A stretch of DNA of 64,000 nt from Terriglobia bacterium (GTDB lineage Bacteria > Acidobacteriota > Terriglobia > JAJPHL01 > JAPKYU01). The stretch covers positions 32,001 to 96,000 of the forward strand of contig CBDBKE010000003.1 of assembly GCA_965206645.1 (NCBI GenBank). The letters run 5' to 3'. The notes under the pieces are model-generated. The model ran no database searches and was not told the origin of the DNA. It saw only the letters and a program-made list of their open reading frames with translations. The position numbers and the translations under genes were made by a program. This document shows, piece by piece, positions 63,294 through 64,000 of the stretch (positions within the stretch are counted from its first letter, which is position 1; every line of letters begins with the position of its first letter).

Positions 63294-64000
63294 TTAGGGG
63301 CCCTTAGCCCGTTGCCTGCTCGGGCCTATGGTTCTGTGGCCACTGAAGGACGGCGGCCTTGGTGGCCGAGATGTCGCCCGGGGCCGAGATGTCGCCCGGG
63401 GCCGAGATACCGCCGGGGGGGCAGCCTGGGTGGTCCGACCTCCCCTGGAGGACCATCCCCTAGGGTAGGAAGGGTTCTTACGCACAGATTTCGGGCCTTT
63501 GGTCCATTGCTTGCTCGGGCCTATGGTTTTGCGGCCACCGAAGGACGGCGGCCTTGGTGACCAAGATGTCGCTGGTGGCCGAGATGTCGGTGGTGGCCGA
63601 GGTATCGCCGGGGGGCCAGCCTGGGTGGTCCGACCTCCCTCGGAGGGCCGCACCTCAGGGTGGGAAGGGTTCCGACGCCCATAGTTCGGACGAGGGCAAC
63701 GGTAGACGTAACCAAAGGGCGATCGGATTGGGTAGCCGTACGGCAGGAAGGTGTAGTAGCCCAAGCCGGAATGGAAGAACCACTGGCTGGACCAGAAGGA
63801 GGAGCGTTGATTTCGGAAACTATTGACCGCGGCATAGGAGGCGGTGGCCAATTCCGAGGACCGGACCCGATTCCAATGGTCAAACTCATCCAGGTCCTTC
63901 CGGTTGTACTTGACTGCCCCGCTGGCAGTTCCTGCCGCGGCCAACTCCACGAACCTCCCCCCCTTGAGGGGACCCTTCTTCCCGGGCACTTGCAACTTGC
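63294..64000 (-). CDS. C-terminal part of a protein with a Pro/Arg/Ser-rich repetitive tail, 5'-partial
   Basis: ORF open to the window end; 195-bp (65-aa) duplicated tail containing 18-bp ATSRPR-type repeats. Confidence 0.6.
   Translation of the reverse strand, partial: KLQVPGKKGPLKGGRFVELAAAGTASGAVKYNRKDLDEFDHWNRVRSSELATASYAAVNSFRNQRSSFWSSQWFFHSGLGYYTFLPYGYPIRSPFGYVYRCPRPNYGRRNPSHPEVRPSEGGRTTQAGPPAIPRPPPTSRPPATSWSPRPPSFGGRKTIGPSKQWTKGPKSVRKNPSYPRGWSSRGGRTTQAAPPAVSRPRATSRPRATSRPPRPPSFSGHRTIGPSRQRAKGP

Overview
A 64-kb, GC-rich bacterial region heavily rearranged by mobile elements. Gene content (secreted repeat proteins, a Calx-beta-like autotransporter, TonB receptors) suggests an Acidobacterium, possibly host-associated; this is inference only. 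About a quarter of the window is IS material: two IS3 types, IS6, IS5, IS21, IS30, an IS481-like element, four copies of a 131-bp IS6-end MITE and a group II intron scrap. These elements separate fragments of defence genes (YhaN-like ATPase, OLD nuclease, PIN, RloC-like AAA ATPase, hsdM remnant, two HigBA/RelE TA pairs), plasmid-like remnants, a DUF2946-like uORF plus His-rich TonB receptor, and a cobalamin-riboswitch btuB operon. The most striking unexplained structure is at 36441-37014: three tandem ~200-bp units. Each is closed by a co-varying ~25-bp 5'/3' stem and carries a co-varying hairpin, a perfect Shine-Dalgarno and a 12-14 aa minus-strand ORF ending in IETR-stop. Several single-base frameshifts may be sequencing errors rather than real pseudogenes. 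All family assignments come from motif recognition, not database searches.
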